A stretch of DNA of 64,000 bases from assembly GCA_964106645.2 (NCBI GenBank), contig OZ067043.1. One strand, written 5' to 3'. A program made the position numbers and the translations under genes. The notes under the pieces are model-generated. The model had not been told where the DNA came from. It ran no database searches and saw only the letters and a list, made by a program, of their open reading frames with translations. Shown here one piece after another: positions 1 through 14,400 of this stretch (the first letter of the stretch is position 1; each line of letters starts with the position of its first letter). This DNA is from Podarcis pityusensis. Its lineage: Eukaryota.

Positions 1-1134
1 CAGTTTTCATCATTCAAGGAGACTGCAACCAAAGACACACCACCCTATACAACTTAAACCAGAATGTCAAAGAGCAGATAAATTGTTACAACCTCCCTTC
101 TCTCTCTTTCTTTTTTGGTAAAGCAATGAGCTATACCAATTGATGAAGACCAGAACAAACGTCATGGTATCCTGCCACAACCTACTAACCAATGAACTAG
201 CTGTGTGGCCAAATACCTTGAACTGAGGAAAGCTTTCCTTCTAACCTATGAAGGCCTGCAAATAATGTGGAAGCAGAATGAAAACATTTATAAATTGTTG
301 CAAGTTTTGTTTTTAAATCTAATCTGGTAGTCTCAATTTCACAGTGTTAATTGCATGCTATGAAAATGTGCCTATTTTTAAACTTTACTAGTTTTGTAAA
401 TAAAACTTGAAAATGTTTGTTTGTTTTATCATTTTAAAAAGTTAGCAATTTCAATGTCTTATGTGTTACGAAAATGTGCACATAATTCCTCATTCCCATT
501 GCCCTGCTCTCTGCTGTGGAACCACCGTATCCTGAAATCATCTCTTCTTACAAATATTTCAAACCAATTTCAGCTTTTGCCCTCATTCCCCATTTGCCTG
601 TCACAGACCAAAGCCAACCCTCTGTCTTTCATTATATTTTAAGGTTACCTACCATTTCTGTATTCATGTACCTGAAACTATTATTAAGCCTAAAGTTGAT
701 TCACTTGACACACACCTCCGAACCTGTCTCACCCGCATGTCTAACCTGCTTAGGCCCATGCTATACATTTTTTAGGGACAGAGGAACACGAATAGCAGGA
801 TTGGGTTCAGTTTGCAGTGACTAGCGGGCTTGAGAAGCATTACTTCGCTACTTTAAGGAAATCCTGCAGCTCTGAAATGCCTCTGGCTTCAAAGTTGGGA
901 AGAGTCTGGAGCTGTTAGCAGAGTCGATTGTATAAGGTGCGCCTCTCAAGCAAGTGCCCAATGATGCTTTGATCCTCTTCCATTCTCGCCCCCAAACCAA
1001 CACCACACTTCCTGCTTCTGGTTTCAATTGCCTTTTCCTTTCCAGTGGCCTCAGTCAGTCAATTCTCATGCAAAGTTGTTGCAAGTGTCAGACACACCAA
1101 ATCGGAACATCTCACACCGACATGGGGATGCTAG

Positions 1135-1267
1135 TTACAGGTAGGTAGCCCTGTTGGTCTGCCATAGTCGAAACAAAATAAAAAAAATTCCTTCCAGTAG
1201 CACCTTAGAGGCCAACTAAGTTTGTTATTGGTATGAGCTTTCGTGTGCATGTATACTTCTTCAGATA
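1135..1267. mobile_element. Penelope-like terminal repeat fragment
   Basis: gtagcc.tgttggtctg...ccagtagcaccttagag.ccaac...tgagctttcgtg...cttcttcagata resembles squamate Penelope-like ends (recalled). Confidence 0.5.
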
Positions 1268-3469
1268 TGTGGATGCTAATGATCTCTATTATGCTGGCTG
1301 CTGCAGTGCTAATACACGAACACACACACACGATCAGTGTGGTGAGTGTGGCACCACTGAAATTAAGAAGTAAAGCATCAGCCAGCCCTTTGCTCTAGCT
1401 GGCACCTAATGGGTTGAAGTGCTTCCTCATTGAAGAGAATCAATGTGGTGTAGTGGTTAGCATAAGCCACTTGGACCTGGGCGACCAGGATTCAAGTCCT
1501 ACCTTACAGGGCTATTGTGAGGATAAAATGGGGAGAAGGAGAACCATGTTGCCACCTTGAGCTCCTTAGAGGAAAAGGGTGAGGTATAGATTTTAATAAT
1601 AATAATGCACTGAAAATGATAAAAGAAGCTGTGACTGGAAAGTTGTGGTTCCATTCCAAAGCAGAAGGTAGCAGGAAAGGCACAATATTTCTAATCTAAG
1701 TCTTATTTCATGCCAAATGAAATGTAAAAAAGAGAGAGAGGTTTCCCATCAGTGAGTTTGTAAACATTTTTTAAAAAAACTATTTTACCAATACAGATAC
1801 ATAAAATGCTTAGCCAAACCATGACCAAGCACAAACACATGAATCTATCTTATGGTTGCGGATTGCTGTTGTTAAAGAAGAGAGACCTTGATGATGATCC
1901 TGGGTTCAGATGGCCCACTAAGCCAGTTCTTGACATAGCTGCTGCTCTCGTGTGCTTTTTAGCCTGGCGAGGAGCTAGGTGAGTGTGAGCTCCTTTGCAG
2001 GAGCCAGCATAACATGCCAGCATAACTCTGGCTTACAACGATGGGCAAACCATCTCAAAATCCATGATTATTTTACCCATATTACAGAAGGTGGAGCTGT
2101 GTCAGAGAGAATGTGGATTATTGTGCCAGCCTTGCAAAGTAACCCAGTGTTGTTATACTCATTCTGCTCAAAGAAGAGAGAAGGGCAGTGTGTAAAAGCC
2201 CTGAAGTGTAATCCAGTATTATTTTAAATTCTGGTGTGCTTTTTTTTTTTTAAGGGTAATGTAGTGCAGTTGATTGTATTAACTGGACAATTAATTAAGG
2301 GCTAGAAGGGCTGAAGGGAAGCAGGAAAAGAACTGAGTTTCAGCTGTGAATGGAAAGGCATCATCTGGATGTCAGGTAGACTCATGGATGGATAGCATGT
2401 CTAACTGTTGAGAAACAAGGTAGATGATAGACCTGAAATACATGTTTCTCAGAGGCCAGGTCTACCCAGGTCTCAACGCTGTTCAGTCACCAGATCTACC
2501 AGAAATAGTAGACATGCTGTGGTGCTAGTTATGATTGATTGTTTATAGTGTTGAACTGAAAAAAATTCTGCTGGCATCCATGCTTTGGTCTCTTCTCCTC
2601 TGTTATCTATTATCACACTAGGACCTTCTATCTGGATTCCTTTTTATGCTTTAAAATTATGCCTGTATTTGGGAATTGTTGCTTTGCACGTGTATAATTC
2701 TACCACATTTCTAATTTCAGCAATCATGACAAAGCTGTTTGAATTAAGTACAGATGTCGCATGTGCATTATTTCAAAGAGCTAACTTTTATTCTAGAACA
2801 TCACATTGTCTCTATCCACATTATAGAGACCAACATGCACCTGTTGAAGTGGCCGCCGGCCCATGAATGTTTATGCTTCAATATATTTGTTAGTCTTTAA
2901 GATGCTGCAAGAACTAATACTGTTATTGTAAACCATGGATGTCACTTTAATCTAAACCACCATAGCTCTGAAAAATTCCTTGGATTTCTCTTTAAAAAGA
3001 AAGAAACTCTCGCTACTCAGGAATTAAGCTTCTTTTCACTCCAAAGTACAGGAAAGTTATGATACAAACCACAAGTCTGCAACAGTACAACAAATAAAAG
3101 TTTGCTGAAAAATAACCTGAAGTCCCATACAAAAGGTTATTGATTGTACAGTGAAATATGACCCATGATTTCACAATTCCAAGTGTTGCACACGCACACA
3201 CATTTAAACACACAAATACTTTGAATTCTCAAGCTAACCTTAAGAGATTCTGTTAATATTTAACAAGCATTATTCTAGGCCAAGGTTGAGATTTGTTTGA
3301 TGCCCCCCCCCCCCAGCAATGGGAACAGTTAAACTTGGTTCCATTAAAACATTGTGGGCTGTGCCAAGGAAGGCTGCTCACCACATACTGAGTGCTTTTA
3401 TTTGTTTTATTAATTTAGTCCACCTTTCTTCCATCATGAAACTCAATCCCAACAGTCTGGAAGTGCCAA

Positions 3470-3478
3470 AGGAAGGAA

Positions 3479-3531
<53 letters not shown>
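3470..3531. repeat. (GAAA)n microsatellite
   Basis: Direct reading. Confidence 0.95.
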
Positions 3532-3532
<1 letters not shown>

Positions 3533-6500
3533 CCCAGCAACAACAGAGCAAGTGATCACCATCAAACGCTTAAAAAATAATAATTAGGTTTTAGGTAATT
3601 CAACTGGAAAGTATGATCCCTGGCAGTGAGCTGCTCTCGAGGGACCACTGAGAAATACACCTCCTTCATCATTTGGTCATTTCCTCATGGATATGTCTTG
3701 TAAGCCCTTTGTCACCTTCATATTTTAGAGAGTGCTGTGGAATAAAGAGTCAGCAGTGGTAGCAGGAGCAGCCTTACCCTTACATTTATCTGACTCATCA
3801 AGGGTCACTTTCACAACACAGGGCGACTTAAAACCAGCTTTTCAAGCTTGGAGAATGTAAATCATGAGCAATTCAATGCATCAACCATCCGCTGTGGGAC
3901 AAGTCTAATAGCAATACTGAAAAGCTATGTGATGGATGTTCGGGAGTAGAATACACCTTGGATCGGGATAAAATAAGACCCTCATTGTCACATATGAACC
4001 ATCAGAGGCATTCTCTGCACCCCCTCTTTCTGTGGAAGTATGGTGGCTGTGTAAAAGAGACAGGGACCATTCTGTCATGGACCGAGACAGCAGAATCGTC
4101 CCCTTGTCCAAATGTTGCCTGCCTGGCTCCATCTCCTTCTGCCATTTTGGTGGGCGGTGATATTCTACTCTGTCTTTGGGATGTCTTTTGAACTGGATGT
4201 CTTGTTTTACTATTATTGAGAGAGTGTAACTTTCCCTGCTGAATGAGGTTTCAGAGGCAATATTCACAGCTGCTTTGGGCCATTTTGTAAAGGAAAATGA
4301 GACAGAAATCAGCATGTGGTCCACAAACGTAAGTGTCAAGATGGGCCTAAAGACATCTTGCTGTTCCATGTGACTGTGGCATACAACCCAAGGCATGCAC
4401 TCAAGGATGCTAGGCCACAATTCTTGGATCACACATAGTTTCACTGGTGCCATTGAAACCCATCTTTCTGGTTGGTTCTACTGTTTGGCCATCACTACCC
4501 TAAAGGGGAAGAGCCAAATTATCAGGGCTGGTAGAACGCATGCCCTGCGTGCAGAAAACCTCACTCAGCTAGAGCTGGGAATGTCCCCTCCCTGAAACAC
4601 AGAAGAACTGCTAATCATGGAAGGCAATACTGAACTAGGCAGACCCATGAGGCCCCCTGCTTCCAGATTCTTAATGCAAGTAACTGGGAGGAGAAACAAT
4701 ATGGCAGTATTAATCAAACCCTCCAGCTTTAAGTTTTTATGGTTTTAGCTCCATTGTTTTTAATGTTTTTAAACGTTTTATGGCTTAGGCTTATTGCTGC
4801 ATCATTCTTCCCATCTTATTTTACTTAATTGTAATGTAAACCTTCTCTTATTTCTTTTTGGAAAAAGAATCTGGCAAGTTCCAATCTAGTTTTTATATCA
4901 TTGCTTCCTCTTACATATACTCTTCCTCCTTCAATTGGAGCAAAGTGGTAGAAGGAGAAACTCTGGATATGCAGAAAGTGGGGCAAGGGGTTGTTCTTAA
5001 TTTTGTTACTTATTTATACCTAGGGTACTCTTCAACAGAAAGGCTCAAAGGCAATTGATTAAAAAGTTTAAAATGAAATTATAAAAACAGTCCCATTTTC
5101 AAGCTTTATTAAAAACAGTATTAAAAGGGCACAAAAGTGACAGTGAAAAGCCCCAAGTAAATTTTCAAACGACTAGCAGGATGTTGCTGTTGCTTCTTTA
5201 AAAAAGAGAGAGAGAGAGAGCAGATTTAAATAATAATCAATATGTCAGCAGGTTTCACCTCATCTGATTTACATAGCAGAGGTTGGCGCTGTGGGGGATG
5301 GGACAGGCATAAGAGATGGCAGAGCACAGATGAGTCAAACTGATATGCACAAGGGGACCCAAGAGAAGCAGACTGGCCCTGTGCAAATCTGCAGCTACGG
5401 ATGCTGGCTAAGACATGCTCCAGCAAATATTGCTTAGAACACAATTCATTTCTCACAAAAATATAAAAAAAAGCTTCCTGCATGCTTCACTTTGCATGTG
5501 TGAGACAGGTGAGAGACTTGGCATGCGCGAGACACATGCCAAGTTCAATACAGGGTGTGGCAAGGAAGTTTTAGTTTTACAGGGGGTTATTTTCAAAGCA
5601 AAGGAATATGGATGGGCTTCCATCCAATGCTGGGTGTACGCAGTTCTTAAGCCAGTTCAAATATTGACTCATACCTACATCCATGGCAGCTGGACAAACC
5701 CTCATTCCTTTCTGAGACAGAATTGCACAGCTCTCAATGTCTGTCTAAAGGAAGGGCTTGGGGCTTTGAAAGTTTCAGATTTATACATGGCTGAAGACAT
5801 GGGCTTGGGCTCACGTACTTCATTTTTTAGGCTCATTTATCCCTTTAACCCAATGCTGAAGAGCCTAACTGCACATTACATAAAAATGCATGAAATGAAG
5901 CTACGTGGCTATTCTTTGTAAAGAAAAGCATCTTCTGGAAGGGTGAGTCTGAGGAAAGATGCATCAAAATGTCTCTGAGGGATTTTCTCTTCCTTTTAAT
6001 CTCTGTAGAGTTCCAGATACATGCTCACAAGAATAGCATCTGCCTGAAACCAGTGCGGACTGGTCCATTAGAGTGAATGGGGCACTGCTCCACCAACCTC
6101 AGTTTGCCCTCAGCCAGTGCTCACTTGCCGGCCTTCTTACTTACAGCCAATCCAGGTGGTGGCACTGCCTGACGGCACCATCTGCTTACAGCTTATCCAT
6201 TCTTCCATTGTCACTTTGCCTCACAGAAACCTGCTCTTTAGTACCAAATTGGAACAAATGGCAATCATGTTTTCCATTGATTTGGTCCGATTTATTGCTA
6301 AAGAGTTTCCAAGGGAAACCAGTAGGGCACAGGGCTTATTTATTTGTGTAGCTTATTTACTACAGCTGCAATCCTAAACACACTTAACAGTGATTGAACA
6401 CAGTGACTTTTGAGTAAACATGCATAGAATTACACTACAGTTCCCCTGGGACAGTCACCCTCTTTCACCCTAACCTATCCCACAAGATTGTTGCGATGAT

Positions 6501-9500
6501 AAAATGAAGGGTTTGGCATATGGAGAAAGGGAGGGATTGTCATTTTCCCTGAGCAAAGCCAGTCTTAGTCTTTTCTGCTGCCCAGGATGAATAGTCTCAT
6601 GCCCACCACACTTGTCCACCTCACCGAAACACTTGGTTGGCCACCTTGTCTTCTGGCAACGGTGGTGGAAAAGTGTTTTCAAATTACGCTGGGCGTGCAC
6701 ATTACAAATAAGCTTCCTAGTTAATTGAGGATGATGTCCTCTTTGCCTTCAAGCAACCACACTAGGATAATTTTATGTTACCTCAGCAGCACGGGAGCTG
6801 CTGGATTGCTTCTCATCACTCCCATATCTCTGGGCCCAATGGGAGGAGGCTGCTATTTTGTTCCACACCAGGGTGAATAGGTCAGAAACGTTCGCAGCTC
6901 AAATCTTTCCCAGGGTGAGATAAATTGAGCTTCAAGGGCAAACAACAACACTATATTAAAATATACATAATGAAGCCCCAGCGTTTTTATTTTGAAAGTG
7001 GAAAGTAGCCTGGGGAAACCATTTGAGTAAAGTAACAGCAAGCTTAGCTGCTTCCTACCACTCATCTTCCTGTTCAAATTCCCCATTTGCTTTCCTACCT
7101 TTATCCAAACATATTTAGATCCCTCCCAGGTAGTGGGGAGCGGTATAGTTGGGCAGGGGGTTTTGGGTAGAAAAATGGACAGCAGAGCAGGAGCTAAGCA
7201 CTCCTTCCCTCTGCCACTCCTGTAGGCAAAACTGGATCACCCCCAGGCTGTTTTTCTTTGCTTTTTTAAAAATGAAGATTTGTTATATGCACTTGCCTGC
7301 AGATTTCACTGTTGGGAGAAGATGCATACCACCTTTTCAGGGTTCCACAGGAAGCCCAGAAAGAACAAATGGTTCATGTCACCCCCCCCCTTTGCATTGA
7401 TGTGTGACCCTGAAGCTTCTCACCCAACTAGCTAAAGACTGCAGGAAGCAGGAAAGGAATTGTGTTGATGCAGTTTAGAGCTCAGGGACTGCCCCCCAAA
7501 ATCAAAACAATTAGTCAAACCTATGTGATTCAAAATCCAGTGGTCTTCTACCAAAAAAATAGGTCTCGTAATTTCTTTATCACTTTAGCCTCATGTGTCT
7601 GTAGTCAAAGTGTAAGTTCTGATGTAGCAAACATGGATCTATTTCATGACAATGCTTGTAAGGGAAATAGTTGTCGTTTCTCTCCACAACAGTGTAAACA
7701 AGTGGGCAGTCCCCAAGTGAAATGCATGCATGAATTCACCCCAAAATGTATGTAGAATAATTGCCATTTCATTCAGCAGCATTATGTGAGGCATCCTCAG
7801 AGTTCATTCATTTATTTCCTAAATGACACCTGAGCCATGATATTCCCTCCCACTTGATGATGCCTTTGGAGCCATCTGTTCAACATCACTGACTTCTAAT
7901 AATGCCCTCCCATGCCCTTTCTTTAGTCAGCACCACTTCTTGGTATTGCAGTTATTCAATGGACAATTCAGTTAAAGAAACACAAGAAGGAACAGAATCC
8001 AGCTGAACACATGTCTGTCTGGTAGGCATTAGGAACTGGAAGTGAACATTCAAGGCATCCTGTCTTCATATCATGAAACACACCACTTGTTGACTTGCAG
8101 CTGGATGTGCAAACTGACTCCATGGAAAAGCATTATGGGTGTCCAATTGGGGGCGTTTGATCTTTGCCAGGCCTTTCACACATGCTGCAGTCATCAAGTG
8201 GTGGACATGCATTTGGGATCCACCAGCTCTTAGTAGAGATTGCCTTTGCACTGGATTAAGAGCAATTCTGGAAAACAGTTCCAGAGAAATGCTGTTCCCA
8301 CTACTTCAAGAGGCACATATGTGATGCAGGATATCAGGTTTGTTTTTAGCAGAGCACAGCTGAAGATGACACTGGCAAATCACATAATGAAAAACAGGTG
8401 TGGAATTCTGCTTAGTATGTGTGCCTCTGCATGGAGACAAGCACTGCAAAGAGCAGAAGATAATGAAAACTGCACGTGAAGCCACCCCAATTTAACTCAG
8501 GATACATTTTCCCCCAGACATGAACTTTTCCAAAATCACGGTAATCTTCTCTATAAGAAATTATACAGGCAGCTAGTATTTTGGTGTTTTGCCAAGGAGT
8601 TTATGCCGGTTTTCCTTTATCTAGTCATTTATGGAATATTAATTGAGCAAATCTTAGAAATACTGTAGTTCTAAAACAAAACTATTTCCAAGATTTGCTC
8701 AATCTTGGAGCCTGTATTTTTGCATTTAATCTTGTTTTTCGAGTCTGAATCATTGGTACTTTATCCCATTTTTTTCCTATCGACAGCTTCTGGCTGGCAA
8801 ACAGTTGATAAATCTGATATACACACGTACACACAAAATTATCTGATCCATTTTGGCCTTCTGTCTATTACTGCAAAGCCACACAGGCACAGACTTTCGT
8901 ATCATAAACATGCTATTTGTCTACCAGTTTTAAAACCTGGTGTTATCAGGATAATATGCAGAAGTGGTGCTTTCCCAGCCTCTTCTCTTGTACTTGCTGT
9001 AGTCAGCAGAACTGAAGAGAAGGGTGGGAGGAGGGACTGCTTGAGCAAAAGGGCAGGAGGCTTTGCAGCAGCTGAAACTCTCTTGCTGTCTCTGAGCTTT
9101 TAGAATGTCAACAGTTAATGGGTCTCATCTTAGAGGGGCAAGCGGAATTAATGGGTCTCATCTTAGGCCACATTCTCACCATGCATTTAAAGCACTATGA
9201 TACCACATTAATTAGTCAGAATTCTGGAAGCTGTGGTTTCTTAAGGGTGCTGAGAGTTGTTAGACCCTACATCTCTCACAGAGCAACAGTTTACAGAGTG
9301 GTTTCACCCTTCCTAGGGAGCTCTGGGAATTCTAGCTGTGGGTGGAGAATAGGGGCCTCCTAACAACTCTCAACAGCCTTAAACTACAGCTCCTAGAATT
9401 CTTTGGGTGAAGCCATGAATGTTTAAAACAGCATCATAGTACTTTAAAGTGTGGTATTAATGTGGTCTTTGAAGACAAGTGGAATTAATGGGTGTCAGAG

Positions 9501-11318
9501 GGAAAATTAAATGGTCTCCAGCACTAACTAACCCTATCTGATACCCACGTCTTTTTGGTTGGTTAGCTAAAGAAGGAAATGAGACTAAAATTTCACTAGG
9601 AAAATGTACCGTATTTGTTGGTCTGCTCCCTCCAACAGCCAACTCAACTATAGTAAACTTTGTACCGCACAGCATTTCTGCTTGATGTCTCTTAAATATT
9701 TGTCTCTGAAATAAGATATGCTATTTCCAGCTTCTTCTTGTTGTCATGGTTCCAGAAGCAGCTAATCTAATGCTGGTGCCCAACACAAATTAAATGAGTA
9801 CAATACAAACCAAGGAACACCTGGGATTGTGTTCCCAAAAGTATTGTTAAAAAGAGCAAATGAAGTGGAACAGCCAATTAATCACACAGGCTGTGCAGTT
9901 TGCATATTAAAAAAAAATAGAATTCAGCATAAAGGAACTATAATGTCAAGACCTGTATAAATTATGAAAATTAAGAAAAAAATGGGGGGGGGTTTCAAAA
10001 GGGAAAGCACACCAAATTCTGCACCCAGTGCCAAGTTCTGAATTTACTTTTTGCACTGGAGAAGAATCATAGAATCCGTATAGTCCATAAAGTTTCTCCA
10101 TTGCACACTTGGATAAAAGTAAACTTCAGAGAGTAACACTCTTACTCCTTAGGAAACATCCAGCATATGCACTGCATGATCATTACTCAAATTGAGGGAT
10201 GGCTACAGTTCTTAAATTGTATTCATGGGGTCGTGGAGGATTGTAATGGTGTTCAGCAGAACATACATATAATCCGCCATCAGACCTTCCCACTCAATGC
10301 AAGAAGGTCAAAGTTGAAGGGGATGGTGGGACTGGCACCCATGACCCCATACTGTCTCCACAGGTCCAGCTTAAGAAAACCTGAACAGGGCTACAGTCTT
10401 CATGTTCATTTTGCCATTTCAGCTACAAAATTAGCATCCCTGCTCACACTTCCTCCTCCTTCTATGCTTTTTCCTTCTCCCCCCACCTCACTTCTATTAG
10501 TCATTCATTTGATTAATTTGAGGCACCACTGAAGTCAAGATTACCAGGCTGTGACACAACCAACAGGGAAAACTTCAACATGCATACAAAGCACAAGGCC
10601 CAAAATGATTTCCATTGCATTTGCATGAAAGGTGCAGATCCAGTCAACCAAGTTGAGAACCAGTTGAATGTATGCTGAGAATGTTCCCTGTACCTCATCT
10701 AAGCCTTTTCTGCCTTGGGCATCATCACCAGGAAGTTCTCCAGCAGTTCTACTTTTCATTTGTGTTTCTCTCTCTCTCTCTTTTGCAAGACAAGTTGGGA
10801 AAGTATGGATACTATGTAGTTTGCAGTGGCTTAAATTTCTCCACTCATGATAGTCTTTTAAGCCCATGTCCTACCATCTGAAGCAGAACATTAAGTAACA
10901 GCTTTTATTGGATCAGTGTGCTGGTGAGCATAAATAGACACAGCAATCATTTAATAAGTGGTAACTTTTCCACACTGTACATGTAACTACCTAGTAAGCT
11001 GGTTGACTGCATCCTACTCAAAAATGTTTGCCACACAGCCAAGGCACTCAAGGTGTTGTATATCTCCAGGTGTTGTAAGGTCTCCATTTTAGTGTGGGCC
11101 TGCTGACCAAACCTCAGGGGCATGGGGCACCACTCAATGTGCCCCATCAGAAGATCTACTGCAAGTCACCCCCAAACTAGCAATGGATCCCAATCTACCT
11201 TCTGCCCGCCTCTGTCTTACATTGCATCTCATTTTATATAAGCAAAATGGCAACTGCGTTCCATATATACCATACAAACTAAAGTCAAACCAACCTGCTA
11301 CACAGAGCAAATACTCAC

Positions 11319-11434
11319 AAGAGGTAAGAAAGTCAACAAAGGTCGGACTCTTGGACGTGGCTTAAGTGTTGCTGTTCCAGAATCTGTCACTGAAGCAAAG
11401 CGATTATCCCCATAATAAATGCCGTCCACTTCAC
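11319..11434 (-). CDS. C6orf132: C6orf132 ortholog, second coding exon (G-EVDGIYYGDNRFASVTDSGTATLKPRPRVRPLLTFLPL)
   Basis: Matches the recalled human segment DGIYYGDNRF...SGTATLKARPRVRPLLTFLPL. Acceptor ttgtttcag and donor gtgagt. The 116-nt length keeps frame with phase-1 exon 1 across a ~16.1-kb intron. Confidence 0.9.
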
Positions 11435-14400
11435 CTGAAACAAGAAGGAGAAGCAAGTTAGCAACAAAAGGCAAACAAACCACACATTGTTTTGAAGGCG
11501 TGGCCGCGAACCCCTTCACCTTGAGTTTATGTAAAAATCCATGAGTCACTGCTTAAATGGGTATCTTGGATCAGATAGCTATCAAGACGACAATTTAAGT
11601 TGGTCAAGCCTGTAATTTCTTCTGTATTGCTCCATATTGGAGCCACTTTTGTTTGTCCCCTGCAAACGGATCCTGCTTGTTATGTTTGTCAGAGTGCCCA
11701 AGGATGTTCAGGGTTTGCTTGCATGGAAAGCAAGTATCTCAGATGAACTGACTGTTAGAATAACAGGCACATCAGGGCACCATCAATTCAGAAGCACCTG
11801 AGATTTACAGAATCCCTTGGAGCCGAGGGTCTCTTCACAGGTTTTTGTAGAAGACCTAAGGGCCATTTGACACACTATACAGAAGCAAATAGGAGTTTGC
11901 TACTAAATGTAAACCTAGAGCGGCCATCAACTGAGCTCTCCATAGAATAGATAGATAGATTACATGTGCTTACAAATGTGTTGCTGGCATATCCATGCCA
12001 GCAAGAATACATACAGAAGGATAATAAAAGTGCTATGCAAATAAAAAATGACATTTTAAAAATGTCATCTTTAAAAAAACACTTTAATAAGCATATTCTC
12101 AGCTACATTCCTAATATATATAATGGTTCAAATTCAACAGTCACCTATGAATGGCTTGCACTAGTATAAATTGTGACTAGTGGTTGCATGCTACTGGCAG
12201 TCCACCCATGTATATTACTGAAGGTAGCCACAATCTCTAAATATGCATGTATGACTTCTATCATTCATAAATGGTGCTATTTTCATGTGTTGTTGCTGTT
12301 CTCATGTATCCTGTTAGCATTTAGCTTTTCCTTCAAGCAGCTTAAGTTACCGGTAACTCATTAAGCAACTCTTGTGAGGGAGGTTAAGATGAGAGGTAGT
12401 GGCTTCCTCAAGGTCACTTAGTGCAGGGACCTGTGGACCTCTGGATTTTGTAGGACTGCAACTCCCATCAGCCTCAGCCAGCATGGGGAATAGTCATGGA
12501 TGATGGGAGTTCCAGTCCAACAATATTTAGAGTCACAGGTTCATTCACATTCACACACACAACATTGTGAAGGAGGATTCTCACCAAGGTACCTTCTGTT
12601 GAAATAAAATACTGTACTCTTATTTTACTATATGCTGTGCTGGGTCTCATGTATGCACAAAAAGCAACAGAAAAAGGAGTCCTGAGAGCCAAGCTCCAGA
12701 ACACCCCACTTTTTTCTTTTTCTTTTAACTATGAGAACAAGGAATCTGGTGAAAATCTGGTAAAAAATACTTTTCATTTATTTCCCCCATTCAATTTCCA
12801 GCATATAAAGCAGATGGCTGATTTAGCTGATAGACCAGCTTCTGCTCTCAGTGGCCCTCAAATGGTGGCCTTTGGCTGACAGGCTGTGGCAGGAGAAGGG
12901 ATGGGACTGTTGTGCCAGAGCGCAAGCAATGTGTCGCTAACCACACCATCCCTGTGGCTGCACACCCCCATGGGCAGGGAGTCTGTTTTCAATACACAAG
13001 CGCCTTGGGTTACTTTATCATTCAGGCACAGGCCACAGAGGGACAATAAGTCCCCAGTGTTGCTTGAGAATATCACTGCTTTCAGCTTTGCAGCCAGCAC
13101 CCGCAGTGCCTTTTGTCTGGTGCCTTTGCAACAAACACCAAACACAGCAAGTGAATTCTTCTCAGACAAGTGAATTCTCCATTCAGCGAATTTAATAGAG
13201 TACACAGTAGGAGGTACAGGGTGAGGCTTTGCATGAAACTGCCGGGTTTTTCTTTGCCTGGCTGCTTCATTCTTTCCTAAGAACAGCAATGAGGAATGGA
13301 AAGAATTAGGAAACTATGCACGTGGTGACACCTGCGCCCTTCATAATTACCAGTAGAAATGTTCCTGCACAGCCCACTCGTTGGGCAAACAGAGCATCAT
13401 CCACTGGGCACCAGCCCCAGGTTAGACAAGACAAAGAGCTGCAGTGGCTCTTCCTCATGCCACTGCTGCAGCCAGGCAAGGTAAGAGAGGGATACAGAGG
13501 AGGTACACATAAAGCCAGGAACAGGAAACAATTCAGAGGGTGCAGAATGCAGATGGTTGAGACGTTTTGGTGCCTGGGGCAGAAAACTGAGAGGGTGGCA
13601 AGAAGATAATAAACAAGGTAGCAATCATTGACAAATGGCTGTCTTTTAATGTTACCCCAAATCTGGTCCTCAAGGCAGGTCACCCTTCTGTGCCTAAATG
13701 TAGGGACAGCCCTAGGGCACAACTTGGCTCCTCCATTCAGGTGCATCAAACTATCACATTATCGCTCTGTTAGTGCTAGAAAGGTGTTTGCTTTTGCATT
13801 TTATTATCTGACTTATGGGTCCCAGCTGGGACATTGGCTAATATCACAAGAGATATGGAAACAGATAAAAGAGCTGTAAGATTTTAACCAATTGCATTGG
13901 TATGAGTTTTAGCCACTTAGTTGATGAAATCAGTTGATTTCCCTCCAAATATTTGTATGTAAGAAAACTTTTAAAACAAGAAGCATACTTTATGTTTGTG
14001 GACGATTGCCACATATGAGCAGACTGGGTCCCCTCATCTGTGAAAGTGAACACAAAATTCCACTTTCAATATTAAGTTTTCCCAATAATATTTACTAAGA
14101 ATACTCCTTTTTTTAAAATGCTGCCAGATTAATTGGGGTATAGTTTTAATCCATTATAATTTTTTATGGCTATGCACACATATTCAGGAATAAATCCCAT
14201 CAAAATCTGCAGAACTTCCAAATAAACATGTTGATAGATTAACTCATTCAAAATTGCACTTTTATTAAGTGCATTGGAACAATACACTTTAAAGCCAGCA
14301 ACAAGTTAACCTTCAAGTAAACTCAGTCAATGCACCACACAGCTTCCAAATAGCCTGCACCCCCTTTAAAAAAGGCTTATAAGATTGGCCTTTTAAGAAA

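Noticed and set aside
3905-5921. 182-aa and 168-aa ORFs in C6orf132 intron 2
   Set aside because: No recognisable homology, splice-consistent structure or similarity to the expected next C6orf132 exon. Probably chance ORFs.
1-11318. C6orf132 exon 3 (expected NAQENHGLAVPTPSVP-like)
   Set aside because: I could not locate it by eye. It may lie outside the window or have been missed, and a TBLASTN search would settle it.
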